A DNA stretch of 35,058 nucleotides from contig JAHLWZ010000974.1 of the NCBI GenBank assembly GCA_020536535.1, positions 1 through 35,058 of the forward strand. Direction: 5' to 3'. Source of the DNA: Pelomyxa schiedti. Lineage: Eukaryota > Protista > Evosea. The notes below the pieces were generated by a model. It had not been told where the DNA came from, did not search any database, and saw nothing but the letters and a program-made list of their open reading frames with translations. The translations under genes and the position numbers were made by a program. Shown one piece after another: positions 1 to 10,551 of the stretch (position 1 is the stretch's first letter; the number at the start of each line of letters is the position of its first letter).

Positions 1-315
1 GACTCTGGCTGGCTGCGAATTACGAAGAAGCAACAAAATGATGCTGGGGGGAAAAAAAAAAAGAAGTGACACACTCTCTCCCCAACCCCCCCAAAAAAGA
101 AGGGATTCAACAACAACAGCACACACAACCACACGAAAATCCCACACGAGCAACCCACCCCCTTGCTGCCCAGAGCGTGACACGCCGAACCCCCAACCCC
201 AGACAAAGGCCCAACTTGTCTGGTGGAACTGGGGGTTCGGTGTGCTGCCTTTGGTGTCGCAGGGGGGCTGTTGGGCGGGTTGTCTCAACGGGATTCAAAC
301 CCCCCAAAAAAGGCC

Positions 316-352
<37 letters not shown>

Positions 353-605
353 GGAATCCCACTGAGAGAGTGTGAATGCCAATAAAACCCCCCAAAAAAG
401 AAAGAAGTGCCTGTGTGTGCAAGAACAGTGGCTGACGAAAGGGCCTTTCTCTTCTCTTCTGAACGTGACCACCCAAATTCCAATACAAGCAAACCTCAAC
501 AAAGTGCCACAAGTCACATATTCCATCAGCTGCTGGAACGCACAGTCCCTCACTCACAGACCCGTGTTGCGCACTGCTGCTGTTTGCTACCCCCCCATTG
601 GACAT
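1..605 (-). CDS. Probable 5' part of an intron-containing gene running off the left edge; product unknown
   Basis: Minus-strand ATG at 605 (MSNGGVANSSSAQHG...DLWHFVE, followed by a GTTTGC donor). A strong polypyrimidine acceptor (tttttttttcccccccag) lies at ~43-60, followed by open sequence to the edge. Exon structure not resolved. Confidence 0.35.
318..351. repeat. (GT)17 microsatellite, probably intronic
   Basis: Directly visible perfect dinucleotide run. Confidence 0.95.
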
Positions 606-875
606 TTTATGGCTGGGCCAGTTCCACTTGTTTGATTCCGAGTCCTGTTCTTCTCCACTGTCACCATAACACCAACACACATCCCCAACACATCCCCACA
701 TTGCAGCACACTTGCACATGCCCACAATTGTAATTGTACAGGCTCTCAAAATCTGACAAAATAATTGCCACTTTTTCTGATTTTATTTTTTAAATAGACG
801 AGGTTACAAAGAAATTCTTTGTCTCCTCAACTATGTTACATACAACACTAGTGGAAACAGAATATGCGGTAGTAT

Positions 876-3800
876 CTACATCATTCCGTGCAAATCAGCC
901 TTCTTTGACAAGTGGAGGTAGACTTGTGAGGAGTATGCAGATGAAAACCTCAGCTCTAGCTCCACAGTTTTTGGCCGGAGTGGTTGCAATTCAATGCCAA
1001 TGGTACCAAGCACATCCTTGGCCACTTTCCAGTAACTGCGCATCCCCCAAATACAATGGTTACAATGGTAGACATAATGATGGATATTCGGCGAACCTGG
1101 TATCCTTGAGGAGGTGAATCCACTTCAATTTATCATTCTTGAGAGACACAAGAAGCGGGGGCCGGGTCAGCATCCCTGGCAAAGTGAGAGCTTTATCAGT
1201 AACACCACAATCGGGAGTCTAACCTTCATCATTTACAGAGATACTGCAGGGGAGTGTCCCGCAAAGAAGAAGTAATTCGCTAAGCCAGTGGGTGATAACA
1301 CTATCTTGTCCTGGAATGCTTTGAACATCGAGACAGTTGAGAAGTCTTTCCTCCAGTACTTTGGGATTATGAATTAACTAAAAACCCTGAATTCTGCCAC
1401 TTACCTTGGATAGAAACAACAATGCCACTCTCGTCTGTGACTTCCCACTGCAGACTTTTGTTGTATGACACTGCTTGTTCCAGCTGAGAAACTCTTTTTT
1501 TTGTTGGTAAGAGAACGTGAATGACTCCACGCTTCTGAATACCTGAAGAGTGCATTTTCTGAAAGAAGCCGTTTGTCACCAAAATCTGACACAAAAGCCA
1601 GCTTGGCGGGGATGTCAGATACATTAGCTTTTATCATCATGTAGGTCAAAATAGAGAGCCTATCATCTGGACCCCTAGGTTAGGTAAAACATCCCGTAGT
1701 TGAAACTAATCAAAGTACAATTCGATATGTGGGATGTCAGAGGGAGATGTCTGCTTGTAGAATAGTTCAATATCTTTTTCGATGGCATTTGATGCCCTGC
1801 TGATGCACTCGACCACTGCCTGAATTGAATTGCATCGAGACAACAATCGAAGATGTTTGATTGAAAGACCGTATGGAACACAAGCTGAAAAGATGTTAAA
1901 AATGCAAGCGACGTAAGAAACGCACCAGATTGATCTACGCAGGGGCTCCATAGACTATGCGCTGTTTGAGGGGAATTCGGATTGGAGTAGGACAGCGACT
2001 GTGCAACTGGAGGAGAAGACGGTGTGTGGGTTGGAGTGGTCAGGCAAGTTGGGCTTGGTGTGATGCAGTTTTGTGGTGGAGATGCCTCTAAATGCAGCTG
2101 GGAATTTCTCTCTTCTTGGAAGCCATAACTCGGTAGTCGCCCCTCTTTTGTTGGAACACACGGTGGGGTACCAATCGGGCTCGTCCTTTCAGGTTGCTCG
2201 TCAAGCTGCAGAGGGGGTATTTCTGGAAAGCTGGGACTTTTTGATAAAGTCCGTGGTTCGTAGGGGCTGGAGTTGGTTCCTGGCCAGGAAACAGTATTCT
2301 CAATGGGTTTTGGCATTCTTTGAAAATGAGATTCCTTGTACAAGACGTGAGAACTGGCGTATGAGAAAAGAATGAGCAAGCATACCCATAAGCACAACTT
2401 CCGTGAAACCCCTAGTTCTTTCAAAGATCTCAATCGAAGAGAGTTCAAGTTCATTACGAGAGTCTGAGCTTCCGTTTTGTACTTGTATTTGTAAGATTTA
2501 ACTGATAGAATGTTTGATGGAAACACTGAACTGTTCGTCTGTACAAGGCAAATAAATCTGTTGACACGTTTCCAATAATAACGGTCTTGGTCCAGTGAAC
2601 CCACTCCAACCTTTTGAGAGAATTCAAGGGGCCAAGTAAGCTCTCACAGCATCGAACAATCTGATCTGAGCCAGGTTATTTTTAGCAAAGAAATTAAGCC
2701 ACGAGTTACCAGCAAATGAATTGATATCGTCAATGGCGTCTGCTAAAAGAAGTGCAGCTTCTTTCCTGGGGGTCCCGTGATAACAAACAGTGAAGATGCG
2801 ACTGAACTTGTACACACACTGGCCAAAGGGGTGATTTAAATCACTGGCACTCAAAAGTCAGAGACAGCTTAGAAATTGGGAATAGCAACTTCAATAGAAT
2901 GCAAAAGATGCGTTGGTTTATCTGTTTTTCTGTAAACCTGGAAAGAATGTGATCTGCCCACTTGGAGGGCTAGAAATTGGTAAGCTAAAAAAAAAAACAG
3001 TAAGGGGAAAATACTTTTTGAACTTCCTCGTAAGGGAAATTGAACAAAGCTATTTGCTTATCTTCAGGAATGACAGGGCAAAGAAACCGCCACTTTTGGT
3101 ATCTACCTTCGGGCAGGGAATCTCCTCCTTCTTGGGAAGGGCTACAATAAAGAATGAGTTTATCCAAGTGATTTTTATCGACATAAACCTCTTAATCAAA
3201 GAGCCAGTGATATTAGTTCCATCGAACATTCCAGTGAGAGAATCTCCATTTGGGAAGTGCATTGCTGTGAACTTTCAGTTGATAATTCAACAGTTTCTTA
3301 CAATATACTTCCTTGCCCTTTGGGCTTTCCCTTTGCAAAAATCCCAGAGAAAGTTGTGCCATCTGGTTGGATTGAAACCTGAATGATTACAATTACACCC
3401 TATTTATAGCTATATGGCATACCCCAAATCCATATTTCTGGTGTTACGTAAGGAAAAAAGTAAAGAAAAAAGAACGAACTTCATCTTCACGCCAATGGCC
3501 ATAGTATTGACCCGAACTAGAATACTCAACACCAAAGCCGTTTCGCTAAGGAAATATGAGAACCCAAAGTGCCGAACAGAAGATACCTTGTCATTCAACC
3601 AGGTTCCAGCATAAAGGGCTGTCTGTGTACCCTGGATCAAGTGCAACTCCCCCTTTGCTTTTGTTGGCTGTAAAGCCTGAATTTGGGGGGAAATGCACAC
3701 CAATCCTTGTTTAAGCTGTTTTCCTCCGGACTCGTACAATCCTCCAACATACTTTGCACTCTCATCTACGAGAATCCCTGGAGGAGGATCTTTGTGGGGT

Positions 3801-5926
3801 TCTAATCCCCAAGCACAAACAGTTCCCTCCGAATTAAAGGACAAGGCGAGAACAATCATATCAATAGAAATAGTGAAATCGAGCGCTGGAGAATGCACAC
3901 GCCACTCACATAGACAATGGTAAGTCTTGATTTTGATTAGAATTGGATTGTTTTGGTGGTGTTCTTCATTGCTGTTTCGAGAAGAATAGTGATATTACCT
4001 CACAGTGCCACATGCAAACTAAACCATCATCATACCCTGATAAAACACACGGGGGGTTTCGCATGCTTACGTCACATAGTGCAGTAATTTTGGCACGTTT
4101 CCCGATGGGATCATTTCTCCAAGTAAGTTCGCGGGTCTTATTGGTAATTTAATTACTTCTGTTAAGAAATCGGTGATACCAGAGGATCCCAGACACAGAG
4201 ATAACCAGAAACGTCACCAGTCCAAATGTGATCACCCATTAGCTTGATACAGGTTAGAGAGTGATCAATTGTACTGTCTCTTTCATCTGTAGAAAACCAC
4301 TGTGTGTCCTCTTCTTTAAACTGCTTGTGAATTAGCTAGTGCCAACTTTTGCAGGGAATCAACCGCAGATACAAGCTTGGATCCAATATCGGGGCCGTTC
4401 TTGCTCTGCCAATGAGCATGCATCTCATCACACTAAGGTACAACACTGAGTGGTATACTTTCCTCGCATGCAATACCTTTTCTTTCGAGAGTGTCACTAC
4501 ATTTATTTTTGAGCCAGATGTAAGCCAGATACAGTATTGCGTTACCAACGTAGCACAACCAATGCCAGCACACCCAACGCTATATGTTCCGTATAAGTTT
4601 CCCTGTGATTTTTCTTCTGAGAATTCGTTGCGAAAAAATGGAACCTACCTCTGCATCCCATATTATCACGTCCTGGTATAAGAAGCCCCAAACAAGTGAA
4701 TCTTTTGAGAGAAGACCTGTAATGGCTTGCAGTCCAAACCGTTCTGGGAGTCTCACAGTGTTACGAAGAGCGTGTGTCTGTTTTGGGAGTTGGATCTGAC
4801 AGTAGAGAAGTAACTACCTCTGCATCCCAGATTTTACATTCCCCAAAATTTGTCGCGGTCCACACAGTATCTCCACTGACACATTTAGCAGACACAAGTG
4901 ACGAAATCTTGTGTTCATGTGCAAGAAATTCGGGAACAGTTCTTTGAATCTACAGGGCCTTCAGGTTTTTTCTCTAAGGTACATTTAATACGCTTTGATT
5001 GTCTTGGTTAAGAGTCCAGATAGAAAGTGTTCCCTTCTCTGTTCCGATCCATATTTTATCTCGCCAACAAAGTAGTGCAGATATCTAGTTTCGCCAAGGT
5101 CAAAGAATAACCAAGAAACATAAACACATGCATTATGCTCCGAGGGTCGAAACTGTGATGCCCAAGTGACACAAGACTGTACCATATTTGATACAATCTG
5201 AGAGTTCAACTGCACAACACCACTGGTGCACACTCCCACAGTAGCAGAGCCAATCACCCCACTTCCTCCATTCACCCACAAAAATGATGGTGGTGAAGGA
5301 ACGTGCATACTGGGTGATGGTGAAGGGGACCCAACATGAAAATTCGCAGTTGCATTGGCATTCGAGTTGGAAGGGAGGATATGTGCACTCATTGAGTTTC
5401 GCCTGCGCAACTGCGGCGACGAGCTCTGGAAGTGGACCTGAACCGGGGGAGTATGACACGGCGGCGGAGTCGAGATCGGCGGCGACGACTGAGACTGGGA
5501 AAGGGCCTGGGCCTGGGACTGAGAGATCGCCAGCGACAGATTCGACAAGGCACTGAGCAGCGGCGACGAGCCCCGCGGCGGGTCGACCCAACTTGGCAGG
5601 CTGGAGCAGCACCTCGGCTCAGGGACCGACGCCGATGGCGTCGATGCTGACGGCGACGACGGCGACGGCGACTGCGACGACGGCGACGATGAGATTGCGT
5701 ACATCGGGGGCGACGAGTTGGGCGAGGAGGCCAGGCTGAGGTTGCCGGTGCTCCACTGGCGCCGCAGGTGCGGCTGCAGCTGGATGGGGACGTGGACGCG
5801 CTCAATTGTGGGAGCGGGCGAGTGGGACTGGGACTGGGACTGCTGGGGGGCCTGCTGCGTCACGTTGGACAGCGACGGCGACATGCAGCGACGAAACCTG
5901 TCCGCCATGCTCGTGTGCGACGCCAT
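876..5926 (-). CDS. Multi-exon WD40 beta-propeller + MORN repeat + VPS9 domain protein (alsin-like Rab5-family GEF)
   Basis: Ser/Pro-rich N-terminus from ATG 5926. WD-like blades (VWTATNFGECKIWDAE, VWGFLYQDVIIWDAE, HIWTGDVSGYLCVWDP, GYDDGLVCMW). MORN-like repeats (YAGTWLNDK-RNGFGVEYSSSGQYYGHWRED; HFPNGDSLTGMF). Alsin-like pre-VPS9 helix (HPFGQCVYKFSRIFTVCY). VPS9 core GPDDRLSILTYMMIKANVSDIPAKLAFVSDF at ~1590-1673. Stop TAG at 876-878 after hand splicing. Confidence 0.8.
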
Positions 5927-6166
5927 GTTTGTTTTGTTTGTTGTGCTTTATCGAGTTTTTCGTTCGGGTAAGTTACGGGAGGTCACAGAGAAGTTCGCCT
6001 GGCGATTTTTCCCAAACGGGCACGCTTTTTCTCCTCCAAGGGTGATGAAAATTTGGAAACCTACAAAAGGTGACTGCCATTGCGGGCAATCATCACCACC
6101 ATCTGGTAAAAGCAAACAATCACAAAATGACAAAGATGGATATTCTTTTCTTAACAATCAGATAAA

Positions 6167-7919
6167 CTACAAGGATGATTGTTGGCCTTCACGTGTGTGG
6201 GCAAGGGAGCTGACAACTACAGAACGCAGGGTCTACGAGGGAGTGTTAGCAAAGCAAGAAAAAAGCACTGTAGGAAGTACCCCATTCAAACTCACTGGGC
6301 GGCCAGTGCAAGCCGCAAGGTTCCGGGCATTGCAACACTCCTTATGCACAACAACATTGCAAGCCAGACATTTGAAGCCTTTCAGCCCAAAACTGCAACT
6401 TAATTAGTAAGGAGGTAAGGCGATTCCAGTACTCATACCCCATTAGCCGTTGGTCACAGGCTCGGCACCACCCAGGAGTGGGAACCGTGACTGGCCCCCA
6501 GTCATGTTCTTTTCCTGTGGATTGGTTGATATTCGATGTTATTTCCCTGAGTGTTCCTACAGCCTGACGAATAGTGACTGTGTCAGGATGTTCAGAATAG
6601 GTATACCTTATTTTTGTGTTTAGTTTTAATTGTATCTGAACTGGTTTTGGTTGGATGTTACTTCAGAAGATCTCTAAATAGAAGTTCGTAACGAGGGAGT
6701 CGTTGAACTAAAGAAAGTGAGAAATTCTTTGAAAACGAAAATGGGATTGCCTATTGTTATCAATAAAGATTGCAGATATTGTTTTCCAACACCCATTGAT
6801 TGAGAAACACGGGTGTCCACAAAGTGTCTAAATGACTTGTCTGATTGGTAATACAAATCGAGGTGCCGTTGAATTATGTCAAACCTAAGAAGAGATGATT
6901 AAGAGGGAGGAGTGGGAGAGACTATACTTGCAAACAAAACTTCGATACGCCTCTAAAAATTCAGGGTTTCCCACAAATTCACAGAGTAAAGCACCAATAT
7001 GTGACAGGGGTTTCCAGTCTTTTACCACAGGAGTGAGTCTGGATAGAAAGTCCCCGTGAATGGCGGATAACTTTGGCAAACAAGGAAACAATATCATCTG
7101 TTCTTCAGTATGTAACAATGGTGAAGAGGTAAGCAGCTAATATAAATTCTTTAAGTACAACAATTTTTTCCTGTGTCAAGATGTGCTGGTTTAGTAGCGG
7201 CATTTGGAAGGTCTCCCTCAGTTCTAGCATATGAGCAATATAATCCAATTCAGTTGATCTCAACTCATTAACAGTATATTTTTTATTTCGTGACTGGGCT
7301 GCTACTTTCACCACATATCCCATAAACCTGGACAGGAATCACTCTGTATGTACTTTTCATATATGATTATACCTCCGTCTTCGGAAATTCCGTTGGATCA
7401 TAATCTGCGTTACGTAAGCCAAAGGAAAAAAAAAGTACAACCAAATCAAGTTGGTGAGAGATGATAAACGGAAGTCAAAATTACAGCAGCTTTTTCCTCA
7501 GGCGATATAGTTGGAGGGGGAGCAAGAGGATGCGCCACAACAGGCACGCCGCGGCACACCGCCACGCCTCCCCGGTTAACAGCAGATCCGCTACTGCTAC
7601 TGCTACTGCTACTGCTGCCACTCGCACCAGTGCTCCTCCTGTCTGTACTGTTTGATTGCGCAGTTGTGACACTAACAGTGGGGCTTGCAGATCTGCCGCC
7701 CTGCGAGGCTGCAGATCTTGCAGAGGCTCTGGACGCCACGGAATTCGCCAGATCTCCCAACACAGGCGGTGACGGGTGCGTAGGAATGCTCGGCAGAGAT
7801 CTTGGCGGGCGAGGGGGCAGCGGAGGCGGCAACTGCACAGCGGAAACAGATGACGCAGTCGTGGTGTTGTTATTACGTTGCGACGTAGCTGCGTAACTCG
7901 CACGCCGCTGATCTGTCAT
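6167..7919 (-). CDS. RhoGEF with IQ motif, Dbl-homology (DH) domain and C-terminal C1 zinc finger; no PH domain seen
   Basis: Spliced translation gives IQ motif AAIMIQRNFRRRR, DH CR1 TVNELRSTELDYIAHM, DH CR3 LQSLLITIVQRLPRYELLFRDLLKYTYSEHPD, and C1 domain HDWGPVTVPTPGWCRACDQRLMG-FGLKGFKCLACNVVVHKECC. Pro-rich N-terminus. The last exon and stop (6167) are less certain. Confidence 0.85.
6708..6750 (-). other. GC-AG intron (43 nt) inside the DH domain
   Basis: Removing G|GCAATC...TTTAG|TT restores the conserved DH motif LLITI-V-QRLPRYELL in frame. Confidence 0.75.
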
Positions 7920-8114
7920 TTCCTTTTTTCAACTTCCTTTTTTTTGTCGTTTCAGGAAATCAAGTACCCAAGGCCAATCAAAAAATCTCAAAAAAAGGAA
8001 TCTTGGATTGCGTGAAACGAAATGCCCATGTTGTTTGATTTTCAGCACAACGGTTTGGGTTGTGCTGGCAGGAGGAGATAGAAAAAGAGATAGAGGGGGA
8101 GGGGATAAGAATAT

Positions 8115-10029
8115 TTACATGAGGGGGCAATCAGGGACCCCGGTTCCAAACGGCACCGTCATCTGGGGGTCCTGCCCTGGCTTGCTTCCCTGCATAAACG
8201 ACGACGAGGACGGAGACTGCAGCTGAGACTGTGACTGTGTGTGCTGTGAGTGCTTGCCATGCTTCGACGCCGTGGTGTGATGGCAGTGACACGTGCACGT
8301 GCACGACCCAGTGGGGCTCGGGCTATTGCTGTTGCTGTTACTAGTGCTGTTAATAGTGCTGGTACTGGTGCTAGTGATAATGCCAGTGCTGTTGGTTGTG
8401 GATGTGGATGTGGTTGGGGGAGTATTTGTTGGGTGATCTGTAGGATGGATAGCGGTTGGAATTACGACTGTGGGGGCACATAGAAGCTCCAGGAAGTTGG
8501 CGTAGGGCATCGCGTGCTTATGCGGGATTTCGGAAGCGGAGTCCTTGTCGTGGGGGATGACGGGGGGCATGTAGGCGGAGGCGGAGTCTGCCGACGCGCC
8601 GCAGCCGCCGTTGTTGTTGGTGTTGTTATTGTTATTGTTGTTGTAGTAGAGCGGGAAGGGGAGCTGCGGGTAGTACTGCTGGAAGGAGGGGATTCCAGGG
8701 GAGGAGGGAGAGGACGAGGACGAGCCGGACGCCTCCGAGTCCGAGTCGGAGGAGGACGACGAGGAGGAAGAGTCGGGCGAGCCGGGGGACGAGGGGTTGG
8801 AGGATACGTTGTAGAGGGGCGGGAGGCTTGGGAGCGAGGAGGCTGCGGAGCTGGGCAAATGCGGCGGGATCCCCATGAGCGGAGGGAAGATATCCTCGTA
8901 GCCGCCCACGCTGCGGTGTGCTGCATGATGTTGGTGCTGGTGCTGGTGCTGGTGCTGATGCTGATGTTGGTGCTGGTGTTGCTGGGGGAATGCTTGAGCG
9001 GAATGCATGTTGATTTTGGGTAGTTGGTCAAGCGGCCCACCTTGGTGTTGATCCTCCAAGACAGGGTGCATTGGTGCAGTTTCTTTTGGAACCTTTCGCC
9101 TCTTGCTACTGGATTGTTGTGGAAGATTCGGCGGAGTTACAGGCGAAACGTGCTCAGTGACTCTCCTCTGAAAAAAATGAACTTAGTTTGGAGTGATATC
9201 CAAATGTTCGAACCAACCTTCAGAGTTGAGTTCCATCTGTTCTTGACCGAATTGGCGGTTCTACCCTCTAGCATTCGCGAAATGTCTGTCCACTTGTTAC
9301 CCAAAGTATGATGTGCAGTTATAATAAGTTCATCTTCAGCTGCAGTCCATGGATCCTTACGAACTGCTGGTGCAAGATGGTTGAAATACCTACAAGTAAG
9401 AATTAAATAATTCCGTAGTACGCAAGTGACTAGGTACCTCTCTCGGCACTGCTTTCCCACACGACCGCTTATTTTACTTGCAATCGTTGTCCACTGTCCA
9501 GTGCCATTTTCCGCCACTAATTGAGTCAATAGTGCATCTTCCTGCCATTTGGTTGGAAAAACCAGAAAACAGCGATAACAACAAACCTCTGGTGTCCAAG
9601 GTCCCTTCTTCCTCCTAACGAGTTTGTATTAAAATCGAGAAAACACTTCCACATAAAAATAAGATAACCGACTTAATTTAAGTGATACGAGATACTAGAT
9701 GCCGCGTACCTATCTCTCCTATCCTCAGTCTCTCTCAGAATAGATTCTGTGTCAGGGGGTGGCGACGGCGACGGTGAAGGAGGCACGGGAACCAATGGTC
9801 CGTAACCAATCACTCCCCCGCCCTGGTGAATCCCATAATACCTGGCCTGTGCCTGTGCTTGCTGTTGTTGGTGCTGCTGGGGGTGAAGTTGGAGAGCGGC
9901 GCCCGCGCTATGCTGGCGGTGGTGGATTGGATTGTGGGAGGGGTGTTCAGGACCGGGAGTTGTTGGCCTGCGGTGTTGCCTGTGGTGTACTACTTCTTCG
10001 CCGCCGAGACTGGGGCTCATATACATCAT
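8115..10029 (-). CDS. Two-repeat (R2R3-type) Myb transcription factor with long low-complexity C-terminus
   Basis: KKGPWTPE-EDALLTQLVAENGTGQWTTIASKISGRVGKQCRER-YFNHLAPAVRKDPWTAAEDELIITAHHTLGNKWTDISRMLEGRTANSVKNRWNSTLK. C-terminal HQ, S, N and T homopolymer tracts. First in-frame ATG at 10029. Confidence 0.92.
8928..8982 (-). repeat. Coding hexanucleotide repeat encoding (HQ)n in the Myb protein
   Basis: tggtgc/tgatgc units on the + strand; translation QQHQHQHQHQHQHQHQHQHH. Confidence 0.85.
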
Positions 10030-10551
10030 TGTGGGATGAAGCAGCACAGTCTACGTCGTACGAAAGGGTGGTGGTTAGGCTTTGTCCTTTTTTTTTGTTT
10101 TTGGTTTTTTTCGGCCAGGTAACCGTGGGGTCTGGCTGTGTCAACAACAAAACAAAGTGATGTTGATGATTGCAGCAAGTGAAATTTTTTTGCGTTATTT
10201 TGTGTTTTCTTTTTGCTTGATGTCCACACAAAACTGTCAGTTGTTGCAACCGACAGCCCGTTGGAAAACTGATGATCGTTTTCGTTCGTTGGTGGTTCTC
10301 GAAATCCGTTAGTGGTTGGGACATTGCACGTTTCTTCCTTTGTTTGATTTGTGCATGTTCTCTGCCATAGAGGTCAAAGTTTTTTATCACGTAGTACACT
10401 GCACTTTACTCTGTTCCCGAAAAAGAACTGAGCGTTTCGGCTACAAGAAATCGCGCCAAAATAAAATTCCCCAAAGGCGCTGAACGTTTCGCTAAGCGAA
10501 TAAGGGAACCTTCCTTCCCAACAGGTTTTTTTGTGGCTTGTTAGTGTATTG

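Noticed and set aside
1036-1063. Possible 28-nt ultrashort intron in the VPS9 gene
   Set aside because: An upstream AG|GTTCGC donor gives an ordinary ~60-nt intron with the same acceptor and frame.
5926-6170. DH gene and MORN-VPS9 gene as a single alsin gene
   Set aside because: There is a plausible stop at 6167 and a separate ATG at 5926 with an A-rich leader and its own low-complexity N-terminus. Kept only as an adjacency finding.
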